Translations under genes and position numbers: made by a program
Origin: Deltaproteobacteria bacterium
GTDB lineage: Bacteria; Myxococcota_A; Polyangia; Polyangiales; Houyiibacteriaceae
NCBI GenBank assembly: GCA_034670305.1
Contig: JAXMNT010000009.1
Span: 96,001 to 160,000, forward strand
Length of the DNA stretch: 64,000 bases
Direction of reading: 5' to 3'
The notes under the pieces: generated by a model
What the model saw: only the letters and a program-made list of their open reading frames with translations
What the model was told of the DNA's origin: nothing
The model's database searches: none
Shown: positions 60,981 through 64,000 of the stretch, piece by piece
How positions within the stretch are numbered: position 1 is the stretch's first letter
Layout of the letters: every line of letters starts with the position of its first letter

Positions 60981-63905
60981 ATGTCGGCTGGCCCGAACGC
61001 CGCGAGGAGTAGGGCACCACGCTCCGGGCCGGTGCTTTGGGGTGTCGCGCTGTCGGTCGCGGCCGTGTTTTGGGCCCTGGCCGGCCCAGCGTCCGCGCAA
61101 GTCCGGGACCGCAGGCTTCGGTGGCGCACCATCGAGACCGAGCACTTCGCGGTCCACTACCCGCAGCCCCTCGGCATGCTCGCCCGGCGGGTCGCGGACG
61201 TGGCGGAGCGGGCCCATGCCCGGCTCGTCACGGTGTTCGACCACGCCCCACGAGAGCGGGTCGAGATGGTGCTCACCGACGACACCGATTCGGCCAATGG
61301 CTCGGCGACGCCGCTTCCCTTCGCCAACATCCGGCTTTTCGCCAGTGCACCGTCCGACCTCACCCCACTCGGGGACTACGACGACTGGTTCACGGTGCTC
61401 GTCACCCACGAAGACACGCACATCGTGCACCTCGACACGATCGGCGGGATCCCAGCGCTCATCAACGCGGTGCTCGGCAAGAGCTACGCGCCGAACCTCA
61501 TCCAGCCGCGCTGGTTCATCGAAGGGCTCGCCACCCACGTCGAGTCCGCGGAGACCTCCGGGGGCCGCATCCGCTCGACGATGTTCGAGATGTACATGCG
61601 CATGGCGACGCTCGAGGACCGGCTTCTGACGCTCGACCAGCTGAGCTCGAGCGTCGATGCGTGGCCGCGGGGAACCGCCTGGTACCTCTACGGGGGGCGC
61701 TTCGTCGACTTCATCGCGCGGCGTTACGGACGCGATGCATTGACGCAGATCTCGCACGCGTATGGCCGGCAACTCGTGCCCTACGGGGTCAACCGGGTCG
61801 CCCAGCGCGTCACGGGAAAGACGTTCGTCGAACTCTACGCCGAGTGGCAGGACGACCTTCGCGAGAAACACGGGCGGGTGCGCGACGAGGTCGTCGCCAC
61901 GGGCCGGGTCGAGGGCGAGCGCATCACCTTCCACGGCGAGCTCGCGCGGTCGCCGCGCTTCGTCGATGAGGAGACGTTGGTCTACTACGTCGCCGACGGA
62001 CACAACGATCCGGCGCTGCGCCTCATCGACCGCAGCGGCCACGACCCGCGACAGCTGACGCGCGTGGTTGGGGAGGCGTATGCCGCGCCAGCCGGCCGGG
62101 GCCGGATGATCTACGACTCGCTCGACGCGCATCGGGACATCTACTTCATGAACGACCTGTTCATGATCGACGGCGGCGAGCGAACCCGGCTCACCGAAGG
62201 GCTGCGAGCCCAGCATCCGGATCTCGCCCCGGACGGTCGCCGGCTCGTGTTCACCTCGAACAGCGCGGGCACCACCCACTTGATGATGGCCGACCTGCAA
62301 GATGTGCAAGCGAGCGCGCGGGTGCTCCTGCGCAGTCGGCGCTACGAACAGGTCTTCACCCCGCGCTGGTCGCCCGACGGAACCACGATCGCCATCAGCC
62401 GCTGGCGCGCGCCCGGATATCGAGACGTCGTGCTTGTGGACGCACAAAGCGGCGACGTGCGGGCGGTGACCGACGATCGCGCGCTCGACACCGGACCGGC
62501 GTGGTCGCCCGACGGCCGCACCTTGTACTTCAGCAGCGACCGCACCGGGATCGCGAACCTCTTCGCGTACGACCTGGAAACCGGCGCGACCCACCAGGTC
62601 ACCAACAGTCTCTCAGGCGCCTACGCCCCGACGGTGAACCCGAACGGCCGAGAGCTGGTCTACCTCGGGTACACCAGCTTCGGGTTCGACCTCTTTCGGT
62701 TGCCCCTCGATCGTTCGACCTGGCGCGACGCGCCGCTCTACGAGAACAACCGGCCCGCGGCGGTGGAGCCGGGGGAGAGCGCGCTTCTCTCCTCGCGGTA
62801 CCGGCCAGCGCGCACGGTCTACCCCCGCTCCTACCTGCTCGACTTTCAGCCGGACTCGTTCGGCACCCAGCTCGGCGTCACCATCGCCGGCACCGATCTG
62901 GCCGAACACCACCGCTACGCCGCTCGGGTCGGGGTGAGCCTCGCAGAGGGGTACGTGAACGCGGACGCGAGCTGGGTGTTTCAGCGAACCCCGGCGCCCG
63001 TCACCCTTCACGCGTTTCGTCGGGTCGCACTTCGGGGCGGACTGCAGGTGGCTGGCGAGGAACGCAACTGGGTCGAGGATGCGATCGGCGCCGACGTGGG
63101 GTTGAACTACAGCATCCCGCGCATGCTCCATGCGGAGTCCATCAGCGCGAACTACTCGGTGGTGAACCTGCGGCAGGGCGAGCCGTTCGGCGGGACCCTC
63201 GATCCGAACACCCCGCCGCCGGTCCTCCCGACCACCGGGCGGTTGGCGTCGCTCCGGGTCGGCTGGGGGTACTCGAATGTGCGCCAGCACTTCTACGACA
63301 TGTTTCCGTCCGAGGGCCGGAACTTCGGCGCCAGCATCTCCCTCTCGCACCCGGTGCTCGGAAGTGCATTTCGCGCGGCGAGTCTCTCGTGGTCCTGGAC
63401 GCGTCACGTCGAAGCCCCGTGGCGGCAGCACCATGTGTTCTCCCTTCGTTATGGGGGCGGGATCAGCGGCGGCGACCTCGGCCACCGCGGGGTGTTCGCG
63501 CTCGGAGGCTTTGGCGACGCGAGCCTCTTCGACCAGCTCCGCAACCAGAGTTCGCTCGGCGGCACGGCGCTGCGTGGGTACGACCCGTTCAGTCGAGCCG
63601 GCACCCAGTTCCAGCTGGTCCAGCTCGAGTACCGGTTCCCGCTCTTCCGGATCATGCGGGGGATCCAGACGCTGCCGGTCTATCTGAACCGCACCTACGC
63701 GCTGGTCTTCGTGGACGTTGGCGATGCGTACCGGGGGCGCTTCGACCCCACGACTCTGCGGGTCGGTGCGGGGGCGGAGATCTTCCTCGACTTCACCCTG
63801 GGCTTCATCCTCCCGTTCACGATGCGCATCGGGTTCGCCTACGGATTCATGGACGAAGAGGCGGGTGGCGCCCAGTTCTACGCCCACCTCGGCGTGCCTT
63901 TCTAA
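60981..63905 (+). CDS. Omp85/BamA-TamA-like outer-membrane protein with N-terminal gluzincin-like domain and PD40 propeller
   Basis: Signal ending ASA-Q; WRTIETEHFAVHY, THEDTH..WFIEGLA; PDLAPDG/PRWSPDG/PAWSPDG; barrel motifs FPSEG, LRGY, LEYRFP, FVDVGDA and terminal HLGVPF. Confidence 0.88.
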   Translation: MSAGPNAARSRAPRSGPVLWGVALSVAAVFWALAGPASAQVRDRRLRWRTIETEHFAVHYPQPLGMLARRVADVAERAHARLVTVFDHAPRERVEMVLTDDTDSANGSATPLPFANIRLFASAPSDLTPLGDYDDWFTVLVTHEDTHIVHLDTIGGIPALINAVLGKSYAPNLIQPRWFIEGLATHVESAETSGGRIRSTMFEMYMRMATLEDRLLTLDQLSSSVDAWPRGTAWYLYGGRFVDFIARRYGRDALTQISHAYGRQLVPYGVNRVAQRVTGKTFVELYAEWQDDLREKHGRVRDEVVATGRVEGERITFHGELARSPRFVDEETLVYYVADGHNDPALRLIDRSGHDPRQLTRVVGEAYAAPAGRGRMIYDSLDAHRDIYFMNDLFMIDGGERTRLTEGLRAQHPDLAPDGRRLVFTSNSAGTTHLMMADLQDVQASARVLLRSRRYEQVFTPRWSPDGTTIAISRWRAPGYRDVVLVDAQSGDVRAVTDDRALDTGPAWSPDGRTLYFSSDRTGIANLFAYDLETGATHQVTNSLSGAYAPTVNPNGRELVYLGYTSFGFDLFRLPLDRSTWRDAPLYENNRPAAVEPGESALLSSRYRPARTVYPRSYLLDFQPDSFGTQLGVTIAGTDLAEHHRYAARVGVSLAEGYVNADASWVFQRTPAPVTLHAFRRVALRGGLQVAGEERNWVEDAIGADVGLNYSIPRMLHAESISANYSVVNLRQGEPFGGTLDPNTPPPVLPTTGRLASLRVGWGYSNVRQHFYDMFPSEGRNFGASISLSHPVLGSAFRAASLSWSWTRHVEAPWRQHHVFSLRYGGGISGGDLGHRGVFALGGFGDASLFDQLRNQSSLGGTALRGYDPFSRAGTQFQLVQLEYRFPLFRIMRGIQTLPVYLNRTYALVFVDVGDAYRGRFDPTTLRVGAGAEIFLDFTLGFILPFTMRIGFAYGFMDEEAGGAQFYAHLGVPF

Positions 63906-64000
63906 TTGCCACTACGGGCCTGGCTCGCTTCGCGAGACTGGCGGCCCTAATTCGGCGTCCAGAGCACATCGACGTGCTCACCGCCTGTTCGCTTGATGCA

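Overview
High-GC (roughly 70% by eye) bacterial DNA. The gene content (Ser/Thr kinase, FHA-DUF4388 protein, ERG4/ERG24-type reductase, Kelch/WD40 proteins) suggests a myxobacterium, probably Polyangiales/Sandaracinus-like; this is inference. Housekeeping loci: an ABC-F ATPase, a fetAB-like transporter, ftsA-ftsZ, nuoE-F-J-K-L-M-N and rfbF/rfbG-type CDP-sugar genes. Accessory loci: (i) a MoxR ATPase + unknown protein + HExxH-metallopeptidase/vWA operon at 1-4001, whose last gene is missing from the ORF track; (ii) a yeh-like operon (DUF4132, MoxR, DUF5682-vWA fusion, SWIM) in which the DUF4132 protein ends in a PARP-type zinc finger and the SWIM gene carries two mutually inverted, codon-register 21-nt repeat arrays, a candidate intragenic inversion; (iii) a lipoprotein trypsin-like protease gene put out of frame by a G14 tract; (iv) an ACP / acyl-ACP desaturase / short CMAS methyltransferase / sterol-reductase-like lipid neighbourhood; (v) a pseudokinase-kinase-pseudoreceiver protein; (vi) a NuoL with a C-terminal extension of about 290 aa. 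Many intergenic spaces hold two simple-repeat families: (GCCGAN)n tracts and (CCCTTG/GGGCAA)n tracts. The latter mostly sit just after a CTAG stop plus hairpin and fit a G-quadruplex pattern. REP/MITE-like elements and gene remnants cluster at 7637-8351. No rRNA, tRNA, CRISPR array, intact transposase or prophage was seen. All calls are by motif recognition only; no searches were run.
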